From the IMG/VR virus record IMGVR_UViG_3300034105_002260: DNA of 64,000 nucleotides; one strand, 5' to 3'. Positions within the stretch are counted from its first letter, which is position 1; each line of letters begins with the position of its first letter. The notes under the pieces are model-generated. The model was given only the letters and a program-made list of their open reading frames with translations, was not told the origin of the DNA and did not search any database. The translations under genes and the position numbers were made by a program. Positions 9,006-18,010 of the stretch are shown one piece after another. The stretch is from a virus.

Positions 9006-9665
9006 TTAAAAATCTGGATATGTTTTTGTCAATCCGTATTTGTTTCTCGCCGCGGTTTCTATTCTAGCGTTAATATCAGTTAATGAACCAACATTATTAG
9101 AATTTTCACCTTTTCCTTTATCGTCACCGTTAGATAACGCATTCACGTGTACACTTGAATAACCGTTATCCTTATTGTAAATATTCCTTGCTGTGTTATC
9201 TATTCTATTTTGTATATCTACAGATGAACCCACACTGTTATTGTACTCTCCCTTACCTTTTTCATCACCGTTTGATAATGCATTAAGATTATTAATACCG
9301 TAACCGTTATTATCTTTATATTGGTTTCTACCTAATAATTCCAATCTATTTTGTATATCCACAGATGATCCGACACTATTACCACTTTCTCCCTTACCTT
9401 TTTCATCACCATCAGATAATGCGTTGGGATTGTTTGAGTTATATGTATTATTATCTGTATAGATATTTCTACCTAAATTAGTTATCCTATTTTGAATATC
9501 GATTGACGAACCAATATTATTACTATTTTCACCTTTACCCTTTTCATCTCCATCAGACATCGCATTCTTATGGTTAGAACTATATTGACCATTATCGTTA
9601 TACGAATTTCTAGTTAATAAATCTTTTCTAAATTTTTCGGATAGTGTTTCTAATTGTGTTGCCAT
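9006..9665 (-). CDS. Tandem-repeat protein (4 x 47 aa, NALS[DN]GD[ED]KGKGE core)
   Basis: Translated ORF shows four 47-aa units. Confidence 0.85.
   Translation of the reverse strand: MATQLETLSEKFRKDLLTRNSYNDNGQYSSNHKNAMSDGDEKGKGENSNNIGSSIDIQNRITNLGRNIYTDNNTYNSNNPNALSDGDEKGKGESGNSVGSSVDIQNRLELLGRNQYKDNNGYGINNLNALSNGDEKGKGEYNNSVGSSVDIQNRIDNTARNIYNKDNGYSSVHVNALSNGDDKGKGENSNNVGSLTDINARIETAARNKYGLTKTYPDF
9030..9610 (-). repeat. 141-bp coding tandem repeat, about 4 copies (boundaries approximate)
   Basis: ccatcaga at 9550 and 9409 (141 bp apart); further degenerate copies near 9268 and 9127. Confidence 0.85.
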
Positions 9666-9666
9666 A

Positions 9667-10161
9667 TTATTCCATTAATTTTTTAATTCTTTCAACTTCC
9701 TCAAATAATCCCGTTAATTTGATTGATGATATTGAGTTTTTATGTGAATTACTTTTAATAAGGTTAGTTGGTGGTAACCATCCTGCCTTTTTAGTGTGTT
9801 TTTTTAAGTGACTATTTCTTCTCTCTCCCGTCATTGACGAAATATCGTCAGCACGTTTTCTACCATCTTTAATGTTACTTACTAAATCTCTTTCACCTTG
9901 TAAATGTTGGTTTGCCCATTTTTCCATTAAATCACCACCACATAAGTCGTATTTTAATTTATCTTGAACTTTATCTATAGTCTTAAGGTCGTGAATTATT
10001 GACTTTAATTGACCGTATTTTACTTTTTTGTCATTAAGAATTTTTTTAGCTCTATCAATACCACGTGCGTGTTCTCCATTAAGACTAACTATTGTGTGAT
10101 TAATCTTATCTAAGATATTTTGTGGTACATCAAAAATTCTACCTTTTAATTCTTTATTCAT
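9667..10161 (-). CDS. Hypothetical basic protein with C-terminal LFEEVERIKKLM motif
   Basis: 164-aa ORF in the late operon. Confidence 0.7.
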   Translation of the reverse strand: MNKELKGRIFDVPQNILDKINHTIVSLNGEHARGIDRAKKILNDKKVKYGQLKSIIHDLKTIDKVQDKLKYDLCGGDLMEKWANQHLQGERDLVSNIKDGRKRADDISSMTGERRNSHLKKHTKKAGWLPPTNLIKSNSHKNSISSIKLTGLFEEVERIKKLME

Positions 10162-10903
10162 TATCTTTAAGATGTTTGATTAAATCCTCAATAGATAAGT
10201 TGTGACTATCCATTGTATTTTTTAATGATTTAATTTGTTTTTTTACGATTGGACTAATTTCTTTGACATCATTTGTCACAATATCATTCTCATTGGATTT
10301 TTTACCCATTAAAGATTCAATATATTCCTCAATGAATTTTTTTGGATTTTCAACTAACCTAACTTTATCTTCTGGAAGTTTTGGGTCGTATCCAATAGCA
10401 CTTAATCTATCTTCAGCCTCACTACCATCCATTCCTAATTCTTTTTCAAAATATTCCTCAGCATCTTCTAAGTCGGCGTCTTGTCCTAAAGTTTTTTCAT
10501 ACCCAAGAGCTTTACTCATATCTGATTCACCCCAATATCTTCTATATGGTTGAGCACCTGCACCACCAAACGAACCCATTTGACCCGTACCTGTTTTCGC
10601 CACCTGATCAGTTGTTTTCTTTTGAGTTATTCCCTTAGCAGCCCCAACTGGATTTTTCTTACTTCTTTGAATGTTTCCTTTTGCGTCAACTATTTCATCA
10701 ACTTCGGTCTCAACTTCCTTTTTTTCTACCTTATTAGGTATTTTATCATAATCCGTGTCGTCAGAGAATTCTTTAGCCCATTTACCCCATTTCTTCTTTT
10801 CTTTCTTAGGTTTATCCTTCTCATTAGCCTTAGCAAAGAAGAATCTTTGTTGTGCTTTTGAAGCAAATTTCTCTTCAATTACCTGTTTTATAAAATTATT
10901 CAT
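10154..10903 (-). CDS. Hypothetical protein (FASKAQQRFFFA motif), possibly an internal head protein
   Basis: 249-aa ORF directly behind TATTTATA at 10920-10927. Confidence 0.7.
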   Translation of the reverse strand: MNNFIKQVIEEKFASKAQQRFFFAKANEKDKPKKEKKKWGKWAKEFSDDTDYDKIPNKVEKKEVETEVDEIVDAKGNIQRSKKNPVGAAKGITQKKTTDQVAKTGTGQMGSFGGAGAQPYRRYWGESDMSKALGYEKTLGQDADLEDAEEYFEKELGMDGSEAEDRLSAIGYDPKLPEDKVRLVENPKKFIEEYIESLMGKKSNENDIVTNDVKEISPIVKKQIKSLKNTMDSHNLSIEDLIKHLKDNE

Positions 10904-10919
10904 CTAAATACACTTTTTA

Positions 10920-10952
10920 TATAAATATCAAATCTTATGAAAGATATTTATA
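10920..10952. promoter_or_regulatory. Divergent pair of TATTTATA late-promoter motifs
   Basis: Minus-strand copy at 10920-10927 and plus-strand copy at 10945-10952. Confidence 0.7.
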
Positions 10953-10957
10953 AACGT

Positions 10958-12466
10958 ATGAATACTCAAAATATTTTAAATTTTTATGGTACAAAGTTAG
11001 ACGTTAGGTTGGATAGTTCGGAGTATTACGACTACGAAATGACCAAATTGGATGACGACTATAACAAAGATGTCTTAGATTTAACCACCCCTATAACATA
11101 TACGGGTCTAACAATTAACACCAACTTGACTAATTTTGACTGCGTAAAGTCAACAATTCGACTTATTGAGGATAATGTAAGTGATTTATTAAGTTCTTAC
11201 ATATATTCTGGATTATCAATGACATTGCCATATAATAATTTTGTATCACGTTTTGGAACGGGATTTACTTATACAATTTTAGACAATAATATATTTAAAT
11301 TTACACTTATTAATAATGAAACCCATTATTTTAAAATTTTAGGATATAATCAAACTGGGATAACGTCCTCTATTTTAACGGGATATACTGAATCTCAACT
11401 TATTTCTGGATTTACAACAAACGTTTATAATTGTAGAAAAAATATTATCAATCCATTAGCTTGTTGTCCTCAATCGCCAAGAATTGGTACAAAACCTTGG
11501 GCATTTAAATTTAATGAAGGTTTAGGAACCGACAATTGTTCTCCAATATTAAAAAGAAGAACAGAAAAAGGTTGGACTTTGGATTTTATCTTTAATAGAA
11601 ATAATCTTCCTTGGAGTGCGGGTAGTACATTTTACTATATTGGAGTAAGAGGTGAAAACGATACATATGACTACGCCGATAACAATCTTTCTTTTCAGTT
11701 TACCTCAGATAGAAGAATTAAATGGGTTGCACATCACTATTCTGGTTATTGTGGAACTAGTACATACCAAGAAAGTTTTTACGTTGCTAGTGGACAAACA
11801 CCTCAATTATGTACAATAGACCCCGTAAAAGACTTTAATGTTACAATTGTTTTTGACCGTTATAAAAGATATACCGATTGTAATTTAGAGAATGATGGTG
11901 GTTGGAATGATATGATAGGTTATAGAATTAACCCATATCAAGATATTGTTTATACTGCGGTTACGTCAACTCAACTAGCGATTTGGGATGAAAATGAAGT
12001 ATTATCCAAACAATGGGCAGACGAACAACAAAGAAGGTTGGGGATATTAAAAATATACATTAATGGACGACCAATTTACAAATTAGAAAATTGGGAGGAG
12101 GTTATACCATCTGAAAGAGGGGTTCAACCGTTTATACAATCTTGGGGTGGGGGAACAGGATTAATGAATAACATTCACAATGGTGTTTGTTGTTTTAATA
12201 TGAAATCAATAAAATATTATGAGGAACCGTTAGATTTTGTTCACGTTAGACATAATTTTTTAATGAGATTAAATAACTATGATTTTTCAATATGTGGAGA
12301 TGTGTGTTATGATAATGTTTCAGGTATGACTATTACACCAACACCTACACCAATAGCAACTAGTACCCCAACACCAACTCCTACATCAACCACCACTTCC
12401 ACTAATACACCAACACCTTTACCGACTAGTACACCAACTATAACGCCTACACCGACACCTATATAA
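10958..12466 (+). CDS. Virion protein with LamG/concanavalin-like domain and C-terminal Thr-Pro tail
   Basis: LKIYING..., IKYYEEPL pattern, (TP)n C-terminus; start moved to 10958, behind the promoter motif. Confidence 0.6.
   Translation: MNTQNILNFYGTKLDVRLDSSEYYDYEMTKLDDDYNKDVLDLTTPITYTGLTINTNLTNFDCVKSTIRLIEDNVSDLLSSYIYSGLSMTLPYNNFVSRFGTGFTYTILDNNIFKFTLINNETHYFKILGYNQTGITSSILTGYTESQLISGFTTNVYNCRKNIINPLACCPQSPRIGTKPWAFKFNEGLGTDNCSPILKRRTEKGWTLDFIFNRNNLPWSAGSTFYYIGVRGENDTYDYADNNLSFQFTSDRRIKWVAHHYSGYCGTSTYQESFYVASGQTPQLCTIDPVKDFNVTIVFDRYKRYTDCNLENDGGWNDMIGYRINPYQDIVYTAVTSTQLAIWDENEVLSKQWADEQQRRLGILKIYINGRPIYKLENWEEVIPSERGVQPFIQSWGGGTGLMNNIHNGVCCFNMKSIKYYEEPLDFVHVRHNFLMRLNNYDFSICGDVCYDNVSGMTITPTPTPIATSTPTPTPTSTTTSTNTPTPLPTSTPTITPTPTPI
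12330..12463 (+). repeat. Low-complexity Thr-Pro repeat
   Basis: TITPTPTPIATSTPTPTPTSTTTSTNTPTPLPTSTPTITPTPTPI. Confidence 0.9.
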
Positions 12467-12486
12467 GTTTAAACTATTTATAACAT

Positions 12487-12855
12487 ATGGAATTTTTTAT
12501 AAGACAAGGAGCAACAGAACCAATCCTTAAAATGAGATTGATTGATGACGGTAAAAACGACAAGTCGTCCTTTAATGATATGCTAGAGAATTCAGACATT
12601 ACATTTGAAATGTTTGATGTTACAACGGAAGAATATCATATTTTAAACGGTTCTTGTATATTAACAACAAGGACCAAAAAGTATGACCAAACAACTGACG
12701 AATACTACATTACCTATCGTTTTACAGAAGAGGGTACGTCAGTTAAAGGTCGTTTCGAGGGAATTATTAGTGTACAATTCTTAGATACCAATAGTAACCC
12801 AACAACAAAGTTAATTACCCCAATTTCCGAAAAATTATTTATCAACGTAATTTGA
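12487..12855 (+). CDS. BppU-like Ig-fold virion/baseplate adaptor protein
   Basis: FFIRQGATEPILKMRL...YRFTEEGTSVKGRFEG...KLITP pattern; late motif at 12475-12482. Confidence 0.55.
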   Translation: MEFFIRQGATEPILKMRLIDDGKNDKSSFNDMLENSDITFEMFDVTTEEYHILNGSCILTTRTKKYDQTTDEYYITYRFTEEGTSVKGRFEGIISVQFLDTNSNPTTKLITPISEKLFINVI

Positions 12856-12882
12856 TAAACTAACCTTTTTTTGTTATATTTG
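12851..12882 (+). promoter_or_regulatory. Bacteroidota-type primary-sigma promoter for DNA polymerase
   Basis: TTTG (12851-12854), 20-nt spacer, TATATTTG (12875-12882), matching the -33/-7 consensus. Confidence 0.75.
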
Positions 12883-12941
12883 TATTGAACAAGACAAATT
12901 GTGAATTCTTCACAAGATAATACGTCACAAAATATAAAATA

Positions 12942-15839
12942 ATGAAAGAAGTTATCTCACAGGAAATCATCGAGAGTTTCCTGAACGGGGCAGACCCCGA
13001 AGAATTCATTGTTGGTGTCGAGTATGATTATCCAACCAACAAAATCTACAAAATTATTCAAGACCCTGAATTGGGTAAAATTGTTAAACCTGATAGTTTT
13101 ACACCATTTTTATGGGTAGGTGACTTGATTGGGTTGGGATTTTACAATGACTCCAAGACCGATCAAAAGAAGGCAATGACTAAACACGGTATTCTTATTG
13201 AAAAATTAGAGACCGGCGATAATGTCAGACTTGAGAATGGATTAAAGTATTTGGTTAAGAGTCTAAAAAGTTATACGAGTTTAGTTTCTTTCTTTAAAGA
13301 GGGTGGACTTGATCCTTGGGGTGAAACAACTAGACAGAATTTTATAATTTTAACTCCGGTAGAACAATACCTTGTTCAAACAAAGAAAAGATTATTTAAA
13401 GGTATTGATGAATATAGTGGTGTTAATAGATTTGTATTTGATATTGAGACCACTGGTCTTGACCCTGAAACTTGTGTTATCATATTAATCGGGGTTAAAG
13501 ATAATCGTGGTTTAAATGAAACAATTGCGGCATTTGGTGAAGACGGTGAAAAGAATTGTATTGAAAGATTTTTCAAATATATTAAAGATTTAAAACCAAC
13601 AATCGTTAGTGGATATAACTCAGCGTTTTTTGACTGGCCCTTTATATTAAAAAGAGCTGAAATACTTGGTGTTGATGTCAATGGACTCACTCAGATATTC
13701 ACTAAACAAGGGATGAAAGAGAAAGAGGGTATGTTGAAATTAGCTAACGAAATAGAAACATATAAACAACACGTTATATGGGGGTTCAATATTATTGACA
13801 TTGCACACGCAGTACGTAGAGCTCAGGCAATTAATTCTGAAATTAAATCTTGGGGATTGAAATACATCACCACTTACTTAGAGAAAGAAAAAGAAAATCG
13901 TATCTATGTGGATGGTGGTAAAATTTCTAAAATTTATTTAGAGAATGAGAGTTACTATGTTAATCCAAAGACAGGTGGATATAAACAAATTGGGGAACCC
14001 GGTACTGATGGTTTATTGGAAAAATATCCAGGTAAGTTTGAAATATGGACGGGAAGAAAAATTGTAGAACAATATCTCGATGATGACTTGTATGAAACTA
14101 TGGTCGTAGATGATAGTTTCTCTCAATCAACGTTCTTACTTTCTAAATTAGTACCAACGACATATGAAAGAGCAGCAACAATGGGTACTGCAACATTATG
14201 GAAATTAATAATGTTAGCGTGGTCATATGAAAATAAATTAGCCATTCCATCTAAAGATGAGAAACGTGCATTTACGGGAGGATTATCTCGTTTATTAAAT
14301 GTAGGATACGCAAGGAACATTGTTAAGTTTGACTACTCGTCACTTTATCCATCTATTCAACTTGTATATGATGTATTCCCTGATTGTGATATTATGGGGG
14401 TACAAAAATCAATGTTAAAATATTTCCGTAATATTCGTATTAAATATAAACTTCTCGCTGGTGAATTAAAAGACAGTGATCCTATATTATCGGAAATGTA
14501 TGACCGTAAACAATTACCAATTAAGATTTTTATTAATGCATATTTCGGTAGTTTATCCGCACCTCACGTATTCCCTTGGGGTGAAATGAATTCAGGTGAA
14601 ACCATTACCTGTATTGGTCGTCAGTGTTTAAGAATGATGATTATGTTCTATATGAAAAAAGGATATAAACCTCTTGTAATGGATACGGATGGTGTTAACT
14701 TTGAAACGCCTGAAACCGCTAAAGATTCTGTTTATATTGGTAAAGGTTTAAATGAATTAGTAATTGAAGGTAAAGAATATCACGGAATTGAAGCTGACAC
14801 CGCTGAATTCAATGATATCTTTATGAGAAATGAAATGGGATTAGATATTGATTACACAGCACCTGCTTGTATCAACGTATCTCGTAAGAATTATATTATT
14901 AAGTTGATTAAGAAGGGTAAAGAGAAAATTAAATTAACAGGTAACACAATTAAATCTAAAAAACTACAAACATATGTTGTAGAATTCTTAGATGAAGGAT
15001 TAAAATATTTGTTAAATGGTGATGGATTGTCGTTCGTAGAATTGTATTATGATTATGTGGAAAAGATTTATAATAAAGAAATTCCATTATCAAAAATAGC
15101 AAACAAGGCTCGTGTTAAACAATCTATTAACGATTATAAAAAACACATACAAAAGACAACAAAGGCGGGTTCATTAATGTCACGTCAAGCACATATGGAG
15201 TTGATATTACAAAATAACCACTCCGCAGGTTTAGGTGATACAATTTATTACATTAATAATGGTGATAAAAAATCATCTGGTGATGTAACTAAAATTAATA
15301 AACCAACTAAGAAACAACAACAGGAGTATATTGATAAGCACGGTGAATCAATGCCAAGTGATTATGTTCAAGTTAACTGTTATATGATTCCAGAAAAAGA
15401 TATTGTAGATAATCCCGATTTAAGAGGGGACTATAATGTTCCTCGTTATTTAACAAACTTTAATAAAAGAGTGGAACCATTATTGGTTGCCTTTAACCCT
15501 TCAATTCGTGAGGATATTTTAATTGAAGACCCAATAGATCGTCAATACTTTACTAAATTACAATGTGAGTTAGTAAACGGTTTTCCACTTAAAGAAGATG
15601 GTCAGGATAAGTTTGATGAAGTAATGACTTTATCTGAAGGGGAAGTTATCTTTTGGAATAGAGTTGGTCGTGATCCGTATTTTATGTATGTGGAAGATAG
15701 TTTACAATTAGTTGACCAATATTGGGTTGACCATAATCGTAAGGTTCTTAAAAACCAAGCTCAAAGTATTAAAAGTAATGAAGACGAAATCATTTTATCA
15801 AATACCAACGATTTCGCTCTACACGCAATTGAAATTTAG
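12942..15839 (+). CDS. Family B DNA polymerase with 3'-5' exonuclease
   Basis: FDIETTG, GYNSAFFDW, FDYSSLYPS, KIFINAYFG, MDTDG. Confidence 0.95.
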   Translation: MKEVISQEIIESFLNGADPEEFIVGVEYDYPTNKIYKIIQDPELGKIVKPDSFTPFLWVGDLIGLGFYNDSKTDQKKAMTKHGILIEKLETGDNVRLENGLKYLVKSLKSYTSLVSFFKEGGLDPWGETTRQNFIILTPVEQYLVQTKKRLFKGIDEYSGVNRFVFDIETTGLDPETCVIILIGVKDNRGLNETIAAFGEDGEKNCIERFFKYIKDLKPTIVSGYNSAFFDWPFILKRAEILGVDVNGLTQIFTKQGMKEKEGMLKLANEIETYKQHVIWGFNIIDIAHAVRRAQAINSEIKSWGLKYITTYLEKEKENRIYVDGGKISKIYLENESYYVNPKTGGYKQIGEPGTDGLLEKYPGKFEIWTGRKIVEQYLDDDLYETMVVDDSFSQSTFLLSKLVPTTYERAATMGTATLWKLIMLAWSYENKLAIPSKDEKRAFTGGLSRLLNVGYARNIVKFDYSSLYPSIQLVYDVFPDCDIMGVQKSMLKYFRNIRIKYKLLAGELKDSDPILSEMYDRKQLPIKIFINAYFGSLSAPHVFPWGEMNSGETITCIGRQCLRMMIMFYMKKGYKPLVMDTDGVNFETPETAKDSVYIGKGLNELVIEGKEYHGIEADTAEFNDIFMRNEMGLDIDYTAPACINVSRKNYIIKLIKKGKEKIKLTGNTIKSKKLQTYVVEFLDEGLKYLLNGDGLSFVELYYDYVEKIYNKEIPLSKIANKARVKQSINDYKKHIQKTTKAGSLMSRQAHMELILQNNHSAGLGDTIYYINNGDKKSSGDVTKINKPTKKQQQEYIDKHGESMPSDYVQVNCYMIPEKDIVDNPDLRGDYNVPRYLTNFNKRVEPLLVAFNPSIREDILIEDPIDRQYFTKLQCELVNGFPLKEDGQDKFDEVMTLSEGEVIFWNRVGRDPYFMYVEDSLQLVDQYWVDHNRKVLKNQAQSIKSNEDEIILSNTNDFALHAIEI

Positions 15840-16945
15840 ATTACATTAAATGGTGATACCATTGGTCTGTATTTCAAAGACTTATTAAGATTCTCCGCTT
15901 CGTTACCTTTCCTTTCTAGGATTTTTTCGGGGCGGAGTCTTTCTAATCTGGCCATAAGTTCTTCAACCAATTTAGATTTTTCATCTTTGGCTTCGGTTAA
16001 TAATGATGAGTAGTCCAATTTAACTGAACTATCAGGAACTTGTAAGTCACCCGAGAATTTACCCCAAATTCTTGCTAAACCTTCTTTAGCAAATGCTATC
16101 AAATATTTTCTAACCCAGTTTTGTGCGGGTTTGTTTAATGCGTCCCAAGTAAGTTGTTCGGTTTCAACGTCTGATGGTAATTTTACAACATCTTTGTTTT
16201 TATCTAAACAAGTGTCTCTGTCCATAGTGTCATAATACCAATACCAAACGTTATAATTACGTTTAACATTTGAGAAATCAAATCTACCTCCTGGTACGTT
16301 ATATAAGTGAATAATTTTTGTTCCGTCTGGACCTGCAGTGATTCTGTATGTTAAGTCACCACCAATTAATCGGTTTTTGATACTTCTATCTTGCATTCTC
16401 AATAACAAGTCAAACGCTGGCATCATAAAATATGAACCTCCGTTGGCCATTTGAGCGAAACCACCAGATCCTGCGATACCTCCTAATCCACCAAAACCAC
16501 CTAAGAACGGGTCGATGATAGAATCAGATAATTCTGAACGAGAAAACCATAAAAGTTCATTTATTTCTCTACCCGCTGGAATTGAATACATTTGTTGACC
16601 GTCAACAAGTTCAATGTAATCCTTTTTAAGTTCAGAATCCCCACCAGCTTGTAATCCTACAATTTTAGAATATGAATGTGAGTATTGAGTTTCGTAATCT
16701 AAACTTCTAGTTGTAAACGCTCTTGTTAATGATTGAGTATCTACGTCTAGACCCGCTAAAGCTGACCATTGTGACTCAATTAACCAATCACTTACATATT
16801 GTTCGTATTCAGATAATGATAATTCGATAAATGTGTCCATTTGTTCCTCTGTAAGTTCGATACCTCTAACAGGCATACCCAACAAATGGAATACCTGAGT
16901 ATATAATTTTTCCTTCTCCGGTTGTGAAATAATTGTTGCGCTCAT
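15836..16945 (-). CDS. Neck/head-tail adaptor (T4 gp13-like)
   Basis: LLGMPVRGIELTEEQ, WVRKYLIAFAKEGLARIWGKF; late motif at 16961-16968. Confidence 0.75.
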   Translation of the reverse strand: MSATIISQPEKEKLYTQVFHLLGMPVRGIELTEEQMDTFIELSLSEYEQYVSDWLIESQWSALAGLDVDTQSLTRAFTTRSLDYETQYSHSYSKIVGLQAGGDSELKKDYIELVDGQQMYSIPAGREINELLWFSRSELSDSIIDPFLGGFGGLGGIAGSGGFAQMANGGSYFMMPAFDLLLRMQDRSIKNRLIGGDLTYRITAGPDGTKIIHLYNVPGGRFDFSNVKRNYNVWYWYYDTMDRDTCLDKNKDVVKLPSDVETEQLTWDALNKPAQNWVRKYLIAFAKEGLARIWGKFSGDLQVPDSSVKLDYSSLLTEAKDEKSKLVEELMARLERLRPEKILERKGNEAENLNKSLKYRPMVSPFNVI

Positions 16946-16947
16946 TG

Positions 16948-16979
16948 TTTGATTTATTCATATAAATAGTTTATATTTC
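16948..16979 (+). promoter_or_regulatory. Bacteroidota-type promoter for the nuclease, overlapping the opposite-strand late motif
   Basis: TTTG (16948-16951)-N20-TATATTTC (16972-16979). Confidence 0.55.
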
Positions 16980-16987
16980 AAAAGAAA

Positions 16988-18010
16988 ATGTACAATAATA
17001 TGGACAAAAAATTAAAATATAACGATTTTAAGTCCTTGTTTGACGAAGGTTGGGATGGTTTTAAGGGGTTTTATTTCAATGAGGCTCAACGTAATTTTGA
17101 AATGGAATACCGTAAAATAGGAAAGTGGGGGTGGTGTCAATCTAGAGAAAAAGAAGGAATTTTAACGGAGGACGGGGATTGGGATGATGCAAATAGAATT
17201 AACACGCACCCAAATTTGTGTAAATTCTTTTATGAGGAATGTATAAAAGACAATCCAAATATTTTTGTGGAGTTTGGTAATCCTCAATATCATAGAGAGA
17301 ATGTAATTGTATTATGGAATTTCATAATTGGTAATTTCGACCTATATTTTACAAAAAAAATTACAAACAAATATTACGATTTAATTTATGGGTTATTAAA
17401 CCAATCTTGGCAGAGAGGTAATATATCAGTTATAATTGCCGTTATTTATCTTAAGAAATTCTATCCTAATATTAAAAATATTAAATTTGGGTTTAAGACT
17501 GGTGATAAAGATGATATGGATGGTATTGATATTGAAGCAACTTTAGAGGATGATTCAATAATTAGGATTCAAGTAAAAGGTGGTAGATATACAGATAAAA
17601 ATTACGGTGGGAAGTATTATATAAATGGTTCCACTAATGATTTAAAATACGATAGATGTGACCACTATATCTACACACAAACAAAGTATGGTGATAAGCC
17701 ATCTTCGTTTATTATGTTTAAAAATACAGACCAAATAGGTAGGAAAGATAAAAGTATTATTGTCCCTGTTGATGATATAAAATTTAAAATACAAGAAAAT
17801 ATGCCAATGCCCGAAAACTTAACCGACTTAATGAAAATTTGTGGTGAGAATAACATCCAATTTCAAATTAAAAAAGAAGAAGAGTCAAACTACATTAAGT
17901 TAGATGAAGAAAATAAAACATTAACTATCAATTTCAGTGACTATGAAGATAATTCATTAGAAAAGGATTCAATAGAAATGTTAGATAAATTAAAAGAGAT
18001 GTTTAAGTAA
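16988..18010 (+). CDS. PD-(D/E)XK-like nuclease
   Basis: DDMDGIDI...IRIQVKG motif. Confidence 0.55.
   Translation: MYNNMDKKLKYNDFKSLFDEGWDGFKGFYFNEAQRNFEMEYRKIGKWGWCQSREKEGILTEDGDWDDANRINTHPNLCKFFYEECIKDNPNIFVEFGNPQYHRENVIVLWNFIIGNFDLYFTKKITNKYYDLIYGLLNQSWQRGNISVIIAVIYLKKFYPNIKNIKFGFKTGDKDDMDGIDIEATLEDDSIIRIQVKGGRYTDKNYGGKYYINGSTNDLKYDRCDHYIYTQTKYGDKPSSFIMFKNTDQIGRKDKSIIVPVDDIKFKIQENMPMPENLTDLMKICGENNIQFQIKKEEESNYIKLDEENKTLTINFSDYEDNSLEKDSIEMLDKLKEMFK

Noticed and set aside
9030-9610. Regularly spaced repeats as a CRISPR array
   Set aside because: In-frame 141-bp coding repeats with synonymous variation and similar 'spacers'; no cas genes
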